From: Promethearchaeota archaeon
GTDB lineage: Archaea; Asgardarchaeota; Lokiarchaeia; Sigyniarchaeales; SOKP01
DNA: 37,117 bases
Direction: 5' to 3'
NCBI GenBank assembly: GCA_016839745.1
Contig: JAEOTS010000077.1
Location: 1 to 37,117, forward strand
The notes beneath the pieces were generated by a model, which worked only from the letters and a program-made list of their open reading frames with translations, ran no database searches and was not told where the DNA came from. A program made the translations under genes and the position numbers. This document shows positions 17,919-27,815 of the stretch, piece after piece. Each line of letters starts with the position of its first letter. Position 1 is the first letter of the stretch.

Positions 17919-19322
17919 TCACTTTTTATGAAACAAATATCTGCCTATAAGTACCGATATTTTACTTTTATCCTTATTTACAAAAAATTCTATATTTGTT
18001 TTCTCCATAGACCTATCAAAGGTATAAAATCTCAATTCTCTTAACTTCTCATCATATGGGATGAGAGGTGTGCTTTTTGGGAGAACATACTGAGATTTTT
18101 CATCTGGTTCAAAGTAGAGCATTCCCTCCTTTCTAACTATTTGTCCTTTTAGCATGCCTCTATATGTTTCATAATTTCCCACAAGGGATGCATATTTCAT
18201 ATCAATAGTCTTGGGAAAAAAAACTTTCTCAGGGTTTCTGCCAAGAATTACTGCTGACAAGATAAAAGGGATCAAATATGCAACAGGCTCACCCGTTCCC
18301 GAATTTGTAAGTGTAGAAATTCCTACCTTTTTTTCGGGGATAAAAAGCATATTTGAACTAGAAACGCTTGTATTGCCAGAATGAAATACCAATTTTGTGT
18401 TGCAAAAATTTTCAATTAGAAATACACCATATCCATATCCCTCAATTATTGGTTCATCTGTCATCATTTGAATAATTGGTGTATTTATATGAATCGTGGT
18501 CATTTTCGCTATCAGTTCACTACTAAGTATATCCTTATCTTTGTACTTCCCATTATTATTGAGCAATTCTAAAAAATGCAAGACTTCAAGACTACTACTT
18601 AATAATCCACCAGAACCGTGGATCAATTCACTGAATGGATGGGATTTTTCTACTCCTTCTAAATAAGCCGTCATTTTATCAATATCTGCTTCGAATATCT
18701 CTCTTTTAAAAGTACTTCTTTTCATTTCTAAAGGATACAGAATCTCTTGCTGAATAAAGTCTTCATACTTTATTTTAGAAACCTTTTCGATTATCCTTTG
18801 TAAAATAGTATACCCATCATTAAAGTAGATCCATTTTTTGCCAGGTGGGTAGCATCGTTCTTTAGTAGCATTATTAATGTGATCCTGCCAATCATCCCAA
18901 TTATTTATTTGAATGTCTGTGAATTCAGTTCCTAGCGCTTTTGTAATAGCAATATAGCTTCCTAAAAGTGCAGGCAAACCAGAAGAGTGCGAGAGTAAAT
19001 GATGTACAGTTATTTCTTCATCTCCTATCTTAAATTCAACATATTTCGATACTGGATCGTTTAGATTAATTTTTCCTTCTTGGACTAATAACATTATTGC
19101 TAATGCTGTAAAAGTTTTAGTTGCGGAGCCAATTCCTATTAAAGTATCATTTGTCATAGGTGATTTAGATTTTTTATCTCTATATCCATAACTTTTTTGT
19201 AGAATGATATCACTTTCATTCGATACAGCAACGCTTATTCCTGGAACCTTAAACATTTCCATAAGTTCCTTAACTATTCCATCAAAAACACTTAAAAACT
19301 CATTTGAAAAATAATTTGACAT
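17919..19322 (-). CDS. Beta-lactamase-fold serine hydrolase (AmpC/CubicO, Pab87-like peptidase)
   Basis: SxxK 'GSATK', 'LLSHSSG', YxN 'YFN', 'FHSG'; extra C-terminal beta domain. Confidence 0.9.
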   Translation of the reverse strand: MSNYFSNEFLSVFDGIVKELMEMFKVPGISVAVSNESDIILQKSYGYRDKKSKSPMTNDTLIGIGSATKTFTALAIMLLVQEGKINLNDPVSKYVEFKIGDEEITVHHLLSHSSGLPALLGSYIAITKALGTEFTDIQINNWDDWQDHINNATKERCYPPGKKWIYFNDGYTILQRIIEKVSKIKYEDFIQQEILYPLEMKRSTFKREIFEADIDKMTAYLEGVEKSHPFSELIHGSGGLLSSSLEVLHFLELLNNNGKYKDKDILSSELIAKMTTIHINTPIIQMMTDEPIIEGYGYGVFLIENFCNTKLVFHSGNTSVSSSNMLFIPEKKVGISTLTNSGTGEPVAYLIPFILSAVILGRNPEKVFFPKTIDMKYASLVGNYETYRGMLKGQIVRKEGMLYFEPDEKSQYVLPKSTPLIPYDEKLRELRFYTFDRSMEKTNIEFFVNKDKSKISVLIGRYLFHKK

Positions 19323-19334
19323 AATTTTTCCTCC

Positions 19335-20399
19335 CTATTTGTTAGATTTAAAAAAATGTATAAATTCCGATTTTTCCCTTTTTGGGGGAAAAATCGTCAA
19401 TTCGATTTGATTAGAAATTTTAAAACATGAAGTACACAAAGTACCGCCTGTTATTTCACCTATATTTGGTAAATTTACTGTTGTGCCCTTTCTAAATATT
19501 TGCTCATCTGAAATTAGCTCAAGAGCACTATTTGTATTAAATCGAACATCCTTCAAAAGTTCAATGCCCCGATTATACCTTATTTGTGTAGTCGAATTCT
19601 CTTCTAAAGAGGGAATATGTACATCACTGAATTTTGGGCTAAGATAATGATTAGTATGGAAAAATTTATCTTTAATTTCGGTCAACTCTGCTCTACTACT
19701 CGTATATTCGAGATTTATAGCGCGAAATTCCTTCTGCGAAACAATATTATGATTAAATCCAGCATTCCTCTCTTTTTTCAGAATAATTGATTTAACGTGT
19801 TCTATAGAATCTGCCTCACATAAAGCGCGATCATTTAATATACGAGGAAGCCCCGGTTTTTGTTCAGGGTGCGGCACATCATTTCCACTAAATACTATTC
19901 CATTAGAATTAAATCCGAATGCGTTTCCCGGTAAAGATCCTGGATAACAAAAACAAATGATATTTAACCCACTTAAAGTTTCAATATCGCAGATGTAAGA
20001 ATATTTTCCAGTTTCATGTATCATATCTTCATTATGTAAAAGTAAAATTTCTTTTTCAGATTTCAAGATTAAAGTAGAGCAAGATTCAAGTTCTAGTGAT
20101 GCCATCCAGTTCAATTTTAAGATATCTTCTAAAACTAAATCTGCACCCTCAGATAATCCCTTTAATTCTTCCATATATTCAGGATAGAATTTATTGGCAA
20201 AAGTGTTCATCTTCCCTAACCAACTTGGTTTTAATACTTCAAAGTATTTCAAACCTAACTGTATTAGATTTTCCTTAATAGCAGCATGAATATACTCTTT
20301 TGCTTGAGTCCCGATGGAGTAACCAATCTCGTAATTAGTCCCTTTAGCCTTAAATACTGGTAAATAATTTTCAACATCTAAAAATTTAATAAATTTCAC
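19335..20399 (-). CDS. Peptidase C45 family Ntn hydrolase (isopenicillin-N acyltransferase/Tan-like)
   Basis: 'GTNYEIGYSIG', 'EELKGLSEG', autocleavage 'ES|CST', 'HNED', 'HTNHY'; GTG start. Confidence 0.88.
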   Translation of the reverse strand: MKFIKFLDVENYLPVFKAKGTNYEIGYSIGTQAKEYIHAAIKENLIQLGLKYFEVLKPSWLGKMNTFANKFYPEYMEELKGLSEGADLVLEDILKLNWMASLELESCSTLILKSEKEILLLHNEDMIHETGKYSYICDIETLSGLNIICFCYPGSLPGNAFGFNSNGIVFSGNDVPHPEQKPGLPRILNDRALCEADSIEHVKSIILKKERNAGFNHNIVSQKEFRAINLEYTSSRAELTEIKDKFFHTNHYLSPKFSDVHIPSLEENSTTQIRYNRGIELLKDVRFNTNSALELISDEQIFRKGTTVNLPNIGEITGGTLCTSCFKISNQIELTIFPPKREKSEFIHFFKSNK

Positions 20400-20423
20400 A
20401 CCACATTCATTAATTAGTTATTT

Positions 20424-21359
20424 TTAAGGGCGTTTTACCAAGTGAGAATAAATTTCTGGTCTTCTGTCCTTTAAAGTGTTATAAACAAACGATCTCACCT
20501 TATTAAGTTCCTTTCTAGTAATAATTGTTGAGATCAGATATTCATCAATTTTATCATTTGGACTTTCTGCAATTAATTTTCCATCTGGTCCAAAAATTAA
20601 CACCCCTCCAGATAAAAAATATTCCATGGGACCAAGATCATCTAAACTCACTCTTGTAGACCACTGTTCTCCTTTTTCTACACGGTAATCTTTAATATGA
20701 CCAGCACCAACACAAGCTATACTATATACAACATTAGCTCGAGCAGCGGACTGTAAATCGATGCTTACACTCCTTTTCCAATCTTTAATCGCTTTTTCTT
20801 CTGCATTTTTAACACCAGTCTTGAAAGGAGTAAAACCGAATGCATAAGGACTTAGTATTATATCGCATCCTTGGGTAGCATAACAGCGATATACTTCTGG
20901 AAATGAATTATCATAGCATATCGCAATTCCAACTTTAAAACCTCCAATAGTAAATACAGGAAAATGATTACCTACCCCCCAGGTAAAATTCTCGGGAAAG
21001 GGGGAATGTGTTTTGCGATAGTAGCCTATAATTCCTTCTGTGCCAATTAAAATATGTGTATTAAAGATTGAATTACTATATTCTTCTGCTAACCCTACCG
21101 CAACAAATATTCCTCCAATCTTAACAATTTCATCAATTAAATGTTTAATTGAATCTCCACCAATAGGTTCAGCTGCTGAAATTAGTTCTCGCGAATTCCA
21201 ATATCCCGTAATATTCAATTCAGGAAATAATAAGAGTTCTATCTCTTGTTCTTTTGCTTTTTTAATCCATGAAATTGTGTTTTTAACGTTCTCTTCTGGA
21301 TCTCCAGGAAGACTTTTCATGGAAACTGCACCGATTTTTAACTTTGAATCATTTTTCAT
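20424..21359 (-). CDS. Carbon-nitrogen hydrolase (nitrilase superfamily amidase)
   Basis: E-K-C triad: 'FPEL', 'YRKTH', 'ICYD'; C-terminal 'DRRPEIY'. Confidence 0.92.
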   Translation of the reverse strand: MKNDSKLKIGAVSMKSLPGDPEENVKNTISWIKKAKEQEIELLLFPELNITGYWNSRELISAAEPIGGDSIKHLIDEIVKIGGIFVAVGLAEEYSNSIFNTHILIGTEGIIGYYRKTHSPFPENFTWGVGNHFPVFTIGGFKVGIAICYDNSFPEVYRCYATQGCDIILSPYAFGFTPFKTGVKNAEEKAIKDWKRSVSIDLQSAARANVVYSIACVGAGHIKDYRVEKGEQWSTRVSLDDLGPMEYFLSGGVLIFGPDGKLIAESPNDKIDEYLISTIITRKELNKVRSFVYNTLKDRRPEIYSHLVKRP

Positions 21360-21383
21360 TCTCTATTCTCCTAATCTATGTTC

Positions 21384-22775
21384 TTATATAAATCCATGTT
21401 CCTTTTCAGTATTATATAAACTTTTTTCGAAAATAGACAAAATTTCATCAATTTGTTCTTTATTTACTCTAAAATAGGGGCCTAACATAATCATATCCCC
21501 ATCATAGATCCCTTTTGCGCACCCAGAATGAGCCAACAGAAGTAAATGGTTCTTTTTTGCTTCTTTTTTTAATTGGAGATGAAAAGCATTTGGTCTTCCT
21601 ACTGTTGGGGGAGCAATTAATGGGTGATCAATTGTCTCCTTAGTAGTTTTATCGCGAACAAATTCAATTCCCATTAGCAATCCTTTTCCACGAACATCTC
21701 CCATTGTTGGATGTTCTTTTTGGATTTTTTTCACTTCATCAAACATATATTTACCCATATTTTCAACATTTGCTATAAGATTATGTTTCTGGTAATAATC
21801 TATCGTTTTTGAAATTACAGTAGCCACCATAGGATTATTTGCCCATGTATAACCTGCGGGGAGGACTCCCTGCACATCCGCTATTTTATTATAAATCTTT
21901 AACGAAGACATTATTGCTCCTGCAGGAAAATAACCTCCTGCTAATCCTTTTCCCAAAACGAGAATGTCGGGAGGAGTCTTAAAATGCTCATATCCGAACC
22001 ATTTACCAGTTCTTCCAGATCCAGATATAATTTCGTCATAAATAAGAAGAATGTCGTACTTATCACAAATCTCTCTAACTCTCTTAAAATAATCTTCACG
22101 CGGTACTGCTGCACATAATCCTGTGCCAGAAATAGGTTCTGCTATAAAAGCAGAAACGTTTTCATGTCCCTGCCCTAATATCTCATCTTCTAATGCTTGA
22201 GCACATTCTAAATTACATGAGTTTGGTTCTTTATTAAACCAACAGCGATAACAGTACGCAGGTGGTATATGGCTAGTATTATGAAGATATGGTATGAAAG
22301 CAGCTCTTCTCTTAACAAACCCTCCAGCTGATAATGTAATCATTGTATTTCCATGATAGGATTGCCATCTTCCAATAATGAGGGTTTTTGTAAGATTATT
22401 ATTATAAATATGGTACATACGTGCCATCTTAATTGCAACCTCAACTGCTTCAGAGCCACCGCACACTAGTAAAGCTTTACTCATTTCATCATGAGTCAGG
22501 TTGCATAGTTTTTGACAAGTTTCCTTTAAAATTGGAGTGTGTCCATAGCCTCTATGAAGGAACGCAAGATTTTTCATCTGTTTTTCTAAAAAAATCCCAA
22601 AATCTGGCAAACCATGTCCAAGACTATTTGTAACGGGACCGCAAGTCGTATCGATAAATTTATTTCCTTGGTCATCAAAAAGATACATTCCCTCTCCTCG
22701 CGTAAAAGTGGGATATCTTTCTCCAGGAAATTCATCAAAAATATAATTTTCCACTATTTCTTCACTATTTTTCAT
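21384..22775 (-). CDS. Class III PLP-dependent aminotransferase (omega/beta-transaminase-like)
   Basis: 'GGSEAVE', 'SYHGNT', 'IAEPI', 'DEIISGSGRTG', PLP Lys in 'LGKGLAGG'. Confidence 0.94.
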   Translation of the reverse strand: MKNSEEIVENYIFDEFPGERYPTFTRGEGMYLFDDQGNKFIDTTCGPVTNSLGHGLPDFGIFLEKQMKNLAFLHRGYGHTPILKETCQKLCNLTHDEMSKALLVCGGSEAVEVAIKMARMYHIYNNNLTKTLIIGRWQSYHGNTMITLSAGGFVKRRAAFIPYLHNTSHIPPAYCYRCWFNKEPNSCNLECAQALEDEILGQGHENVSAFIAEPISGTGLCAAVPREDYFKRVREICDKYDILLIYDEIISGSGRTGKWFGYEHFKTPPDILVLGKGLAGGYFPAGAIMSSLKIYNKIADVQGVLPAGYTWANNPMVATVISKTIDYYQKHNLIANVENMGKYMFDEVKKIQKEHPTMGDVRGKGLLMGIEFVRDKTTKETIDHPLIAPPTVGRPNAFHLQLKKEAKKNHLLLLAHSGCAKGIYDGDMIMLGPYFRVNKEQIDEILSIFEKSLYNTEKEHGFI

Positions 22776-22796
22776 CTCTTTTTCTACTCCTTATTA

Positions 22797-23474
22797 TTAA
22801 AATGATGGATTGTATGTTGCGTTTTTGAATAAAAAATCTTTAATTGTTTTTAACGCATAAGCACGATAATCTTCTCTTAGAATTAATTTTGCATTACCAT
22901 TATTAATTGGATCAATAACCTTCGCTTTAAATTTCAAATGGGTTTCTGCTTTAATCGCTCCAAACATCATTGCCCAAAGATGATACGTGAATAGATCAAT
23001 ATCATCCACTTGGAGTTCACCATTATCTATCGCTGCTTGAATAACTTCCTTTTGATAAAAAAATCCATGTTTTAAATCATAAGAATCTTCAATTGGGCCA
23101 GAACTTTTGGATGGTGGAATCATAGCTACGAATAAAAATAAAAACATTGGAAAATCTTCCCCCATTTTATCAATAATTGCCTTTGTTATTTTGTATATTA
23201 ACTCTAGATTAGTTCCATCATGATTTTCAATGATGGAATCAATAATTTTATCATGTTCTTTTCTATAACTTGATCTTACTGCAATCCATAACTCCCTTTT
23301 ACTTTTGAAATAATTATAAAGATTTGACATCTCCATATTCAAACCTTTTGCTAGAGAGTTCATACTTATGGTTTGAAAATCACTTCTTTTATACATCTCT
23401 TTCGCAGTTTCTATAATTTTTTGAAATTGAGCTTGTTTTTTTTCAGGTGCTCTGGCTCGAGTCTTTTTTCCCAT
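22797..23474 (-). CDS. TetR/AcrR family transcriptional regulator
   Basis: 'IIETAKEMY...ISMNSLAKGLNM...NLYNYFKSKREL' HTH. Confidence 0.9.
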   Translation of the reverse strand: MGKKTRARAPEKKQAQFQKIIETAKEMYKRSDFQTISMNSLAKGLNMEMSNLYNYFKSKRELWIAVRSSYRKEHDKIIDSIIENHDGTNLELIYKITKAIIDKMGEDFPMFLFLFVAMIPPSKSSGPIEDSYDLKHGFFYQKEVIQAAIDNGELQVDDIDLFTYHLWAMMFGAIKAETHLKFKAKVIDPINNGNAKLILREDYRAYALKTIKDFLFKNATYNPSF

Positions 23475-23530
23475 TTTTTTCCACTTCTTTTGTCATTTAA
23501 TTAGGATTTTTAAGATATAAATTTGAATTT

Positions 23531-24838
23531 TTATTTATCACATAAACTAAGATGGTTATCACTTAATTGTACATAATTTGGAATTTTAATTGTACATAAA
23601 TTATTTTTTGTAGATTTAAAACAGCGAGGATGAAATTTACATCCAGCAGGGGGGTTTATAGCACTAGGAACTTCCCCTTCTAAAATAATACGATTTTTTT
23701 CAGTATCCTCAAAGAAGTCCGTTCTTGCAGATAATAAAGCTTGAGTATAGGGATGATGTGGATTAGAAAAAATCTCTTCGGTTTTTCCTACTTCTACAAA
23801 ATCCCCTAAATACATTACAGCTATTTTATCGGCTATGTTGGAAACCACTGCTAAATTATGAGTAATAAATATAAACGCATAATTGAAGGCTTTTTGAAGA
23901 TTTTTTAATATATTGAGAATTTTTGCTTGTACTGATACATCCAATGCCGAAGTAGGCTCATCTAATACTATTAAATAGGGATTACAAATTAGAGAGCGAG
24001 CATTTATAATTCTTTGTTTTTGCCCACCCGAAAATTCATGTGGAAAGCGATCTAGATGTTCAAGTTTCAATGATACCCTTTCTAGTGCTTCTAATACTTT
24101 TTTTCTTAGAATCTTTTTATTAGTTATCCCAAAAAGATTACGGAGTGGTTCAGAAATTATATCTACTACCTTCATTCGAGGATTAAGCGAGGCTTCCAAA
24201 TCTTGGAATACCATTTGAATTCTCCGTCTCATTTCTCTTGGAAATTTCAAACCGATGGTTTTTTCTTCAAAAATAATTACTCCACTCTTTCTAGGAATTA
24301 ATCCTAATATAGTCCGTGCAACAGTTGATTTTCCACATCCACTTTCTCCAACTATTCCAAATGTTTCCCCCGTCTTAAGCTTAAAAGAAATTCCATCAAC
24401 TGCTTTAACTTCGGCAATTGTTTTTTTAAAAAGACCTCCATAGATAGGGAAACTCACTTTTAAATCTCTAACCTCCAAAATCGTCTGATTTGGTTTAATA
24501 TTAAAATTATCTATAAATTCAGGGAATTTAATTACACGAAAAGATACTATTTTTGTTAATATCCCCATTACTAGAATAATTATTATTAAAGTGGGATATA
24601 CCCACTGAATGATTTGAATGAAATTACTCCATGATAATAAAAATATAACGACTAGAAAAGAAATTCCTGAAAAACTTGTGATTGATATATTTAACCATAA
24701 TCCTCTTTTTGATAATATTTGAGTTTTATCTCCTATATTAGATATAAAAATTGCGATACCTATCGTAAGTGCTATTGCTAATAGAAAAAAGAACACAGAA
24801 CTTATAATTGGAGATATTATTATTGCCATCAGATTCAC
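23531..24838 (-). CDS. oppF: Oligopeptide ABC transporter ATPase (OppF/DppF) with ~3 N-terminal TM helices
   Basis: Walker A 'GESGCGKST', 'FSGGQKQR', Walker B 'IVLDEPT', C-terminal 'HPYT...GCKFHPRC'; first ~100 aa hydrophobic. Confidence 0.9.
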   Translation of the reverse strand: MNLMAIIISPIISSVFFFLLAIALTIGIAIFISNIGDKTQILSKRGLWLNISITSFSGISFLVVIFLLSWSNFIQIIQWVYPTLIIIILVMGILTKIVSFRVIKFPEFIDNFNIKPNQTILEVRDLKVSFPIYGGLFKKTIAEVKAVDGISFKLKTGETFGIVGESGCGKSTVARTILGLIPRKSGVIIFEEKTIGLKFPREMRRRIQMVFQDLEASLNPRMKVVDIISEPLRNLFGITNKKILRKKVLEALERVSLKLEHLDRFPHEFSGGQKQRIINARSLICNPYLIVLDEPTSALDVSVQAKILNILKNLQKAFNYAFIFITHNLAVVSNIADKIAVMYLGDFVEVGKTEEIFSNPHHPYTQALLSARTDFFEDTEKNRIILEGEVPSAINPPAGCKFHPRCFKSTKNNLCTIKIPNYVQLSDNHLSLCDK

Positions 24839-24847
24839 TTTTTTAAT

Positions 24848-26791
24848 TTAATTACCATTAATTTGAAATTCGTTTTTATTATAGAGATGACACGCAACAA
24901 AATGGTTTGGTGTATATTCGATTAATTCTGGAGAATCATTTATACAATATTTACTTGAATAATCACACCGGGGATGAAAGTGGCAACCTTTAGGAAGATA
25001 TATTAGATTAGGGACAACTCCCGGGATTTCAGGAAAATCCTCTTTAGATTTTCCTACTCTAGGAATTGTTGAGATTAAACCTTTAGTATAAGGATGTAAA
25101 GGTTCTCTTTTTAGGTCTTCCAAAGAGCTATATTCCATTATTTTCCCGCTATACATCACTGCAACGTGATCACACATTTCTGAGATAATTCCAAGATCAT
25201 GGGTAATTAATAAGATAGATGTTTGATACTTTTTTTGAAGTTCCTTTATTAATCTTAAGATCTGAGCTTGAATTGTTACATCTAATGCCGTTGTGGGTTC
25301 GTCTGCTAACAACAGTTGAGGATTACAAATTAATGCCATTGCGATCATTATCCTTTGTCTCATCCCCCCGCTTAATTCATGAGGATATCTATTTATTATT
25401 TGTGCGGGGTCGGGAATACCTACTGCTTTAATCATATCTATCGATTTACTTTCAGCAATAGCAAATATTGAACTTAAAGCTTTAAGCTGTTGTATTTTTT
25501 TCAATTTTATATTATTCTCTTTACTGTTTTCATCTTTTTGCAATTTAACTTTCAAAATTTCTATTTCTTCTTCAATTCTGGCTATTTCGGCAATATTGTG
25601 TCTTAAAACCCGTTCTAATTCCTCTTTTTGATGAGTAATGTAAACCTCCGATAATTGATCTCCCACTCGGTAAACTGGATTTAAAGAATTTAATGGGTCT
25701 TGAAAAATCATAGCGATTTTCTTCCCACGATAGTTCAACATTTCTTTCTCTGATTTTTCTAATAAATCTTCGTCATAAAATAAAACATGCCCTCCTTCAA
25801 TTTCACCAGGAGAAGAAATTAATCCCATAACGGATAAAGCGGTAACAGATTTACCACATCCAGTCTCTCCAACTAATCCTAAAATTTTATTTTCATGCAT
25901 TTTAAAAGATACGCCATCAACAGCTTTGACAACACCCTCTTCCGTATAAAAGTAAGTTTTCAAATTTTTTACTTCAAGAATGATTTTTTCCTGATCACTT
26001 CCCGACAAATTGGAATCCCTAATAAGTTCTTCCCCGATTTTTGAAATTCTTTTTTCCTTTTTTGTTATTAATCTTAATGATAATAATAACCCAAGAAAGT
26101 AAATCACCATTAAAATCCAATATAATTGTAAATTTACAAATATATAAAATCCAAAAAGGAAACCAAATAACCCAAATATTGTGAGATATAAGGCCCAAAT
26201 TCCATATGAAGAAATTACACTTAATATTATTGCTTGTTTTAATATATAGGATTGAATTTTTTTCTTTTTTGGTAGAACTTTGTTAATAAGACGAGTTATT
26301 ATTACTACAAAAATCTCTACGAATATTGACCAGATTAGTCCATATTGGAATTCAATATATATCGGAATTGAGAAAATTCGGATCGTTAATTCGATGATTG
26401 CCAACATTGCAACTACGACTGAAATTAACAGAAAAGGTCTAAAAACATATTTAAAAGTCAATTTACTGCTTTCTTGCCTATCGTCAAGATTTTTTTGTTT
26501 AATAAATCTATGAAATAGTAGATTTATAAAATTAAGAGTCAGCCAGCTAGTTGAAAATAAGATTAAATTATATGAACTTAGTGATAAGTTAATAGATGAT
26601 AATAATACTCCCACACCAAATTCAGCAGAAAATCCAATAATAATACTTAGATACAACTTCCGTAGTAAAAGCTTATTACCAGGCTTCTTATTAGCTGGAA
26701 ATAATGCGTTTACTCCTAAAATAAAGACAAGCATGGTAATTATGTGAAAAATCAAAATCACGGTGAGATACCCAATATCCTCTAAAATCAT
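24848..26791 (-). CDS. oppD: Oligopeptide ABC transporter ATPase (OppD/DppD) with ~7 N-terminal TM helices and a coiled-coil insert
   Basis: 'GETGCGKS', 'LSGGMRQR', 'LLADEPTTALDVTIQAQI', 'GCHFHPRC'; first ~245 aa polytopic. Confidence 0.9.
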   Translation of the reverse strand: MILEDIGYLTVILIFHIITMLVFILGVNALFPANKKPGNKLLLRKLYLSIIIGFSAEFGVGVLLSSINLSLSSYNLILFSTSWLTLNFINLLFHRFIKQKNLDDRQESSKLTFKYVFRPFLLISVVVAMLAIIELTIRIFSIPIYIEFQYGLIWSIFVEIFVVIITRLINKVLPKKKKIQSYILKQAIILSVISSYGIWALYLTIFGLFGFLFGFYIFVNLQLYWILMVIYFLGLLLSLRLITKKEKRISKIGEELIRDSNLSGSDQEKIILEVKNLKTYFYTEEGVVKAVDGVSFKMHENKILGLVGETGCGKSVTALSVMGLISSPGEIEGGHVLFYDEDLLEKSEKEMLNYRGKKIAMIFQDPLNSLNPVYRVGDQLSEVYITHQKEELERVLRHNIAEIARIEEEIEILKVKLQKDENSKENNIKLKKIQQLKALSSIFAIAESKSIDMIKAVGIPDPAQIINRYPHELSGGMRQRIMIAMALICNPQLLLADEPTTALDVTIQAQILRLIKELQKKYQTSILLITHDLGIISEMCDHVAVMYSGKIMEYSSLEDLKREPLHPYTKGLISTIPRVGKSKEDFPEIPGVVPNLIYLPKGCHFHPRCDYSSKYCINDSPELIEYTPNHFVACHLYNKNEFQINGN

Positions 26792-27795
26792 CTTAATTTT
26801 CTCCTTTTTCTAGTAGCTTTTAATCGAGGATCTAATGCATCCCGTAAACCATCTCCTATTAGCATAAAACCTAAAACTGTAATAAATATCATTAATCCTG
26901 GCCAAAAACTAGCCCATGGCGCGGAATATAATCGCAATCTCCCCGCATTAATATCTACACCCCATTCAATTGTGTTGGGATCCCCTAACCCAAGAAAACT
27001 TAGCCCCGCTAATCCTAATATGATACCACCATAATCAAAGGAGATAGCGATAATGATAGGAGAAATAACATTGGGAAGGATATATTTAAACATAATTTTA
27101 AAATTATTCGCACCAGTCACTTTAGCGGCTTCTATAAACACTCCTTCTTTTATCTGTAATACTGATCCCCGAATTAATCGTGCATATCCTGGAATTCCTA
27201 AAATTCCGAACGCGATTAAAATAATATTAATATTTTGACCAAAAATTGAAATAAAAATAAATACTATAATTAAAGTTGGAAATGCTAAAAGAATATCAAA
27301 TATTCTCATAACAATTGAATCTGGAATACCGCCTATATAAGCAGAAATTATTCCTATTATGACACCCCCAATGACGCTTACTAATATCGCTATGGACCCT
27401 AAAGTTAAGGAAGTTACAGCTCCCCAAATTATTCTCCCTAACACATCACGACCAAGGAGAGTCTGCCCTAATGGATGTTCCAAGGAAGGAGGAGAAAAAC
27501 TTCCTTCAAATGTATATTCCGCTAACTCCTTATAGGAAAAAGGAGTTAACCAAGAAGAGAAGACTGCCATTGAGGTAATAAATATTATAATACCAAATCC
27601 TAAGATCGTAATTGGATTCAGGAGTTTTCTGAAAAATTTCCTTTGAGATTTAAATTGGTTAACATTTGCTTCCCATTGAGACAATTCCTGAGGTCTATAA
27701 AATGGAATTATTAGGAATTTGAGATATCGTAATATTTTCCGTTTGAAGTTTATTTCTTTTTGAGGAAATTCGAAGTCGTATTTAATTTGGCTCAT
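26788..27795 (-). CDS. oppC: Oligopeptide ABC transporter permease OppC/DppC
   Basis: 'HPLGQTLLGRDVL', EAA loop 'FIEAAKVTGA', 'LSFLGLG', 'GDGLRDALDPR'. Confidence 0.93.
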   Translation of the reverse strand: MSQIKYDFEFPQKEINFKRKILRYLKFLIIPFYRPQELSQWEANVNQFKSQRKFFRKLLNPITILGFGIIIFITSMAVFSSWLTPFSYKELAEYTFEGSFSPPSLEHPLGQTLLGRDVLGRIIWGAVTSLTLGSIAILVSVIGGVIIGIISAYIGGIPDSIVMRIFDILLAFPTLIIVFIFISIFGQNINIILIAFGILGIPGYARLIRGSVLQIKEGVFIEAAKVTGANNFKIMFKYILPNVISPIIIAISFDYGGIILGLAGLSFLGLGDPNTIEWGVDINAGRLRLYSAPWASFWPGLMIFITVLGFMLIGDGLRDALDPRLKATRKRRKLR

Positions 27796-27815
27796 ACAAG
27801 TTTAATACCTCGTTA

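Noticed and set aside
17919-20399. Beta-lactam biosynthesis or resistance (C45 acyltransferase + beta-lactamase fold)
   Set aside because: No NRPS or IPNS, no signal peptide on the serine hydrolase, and the context is import plus catabolism.
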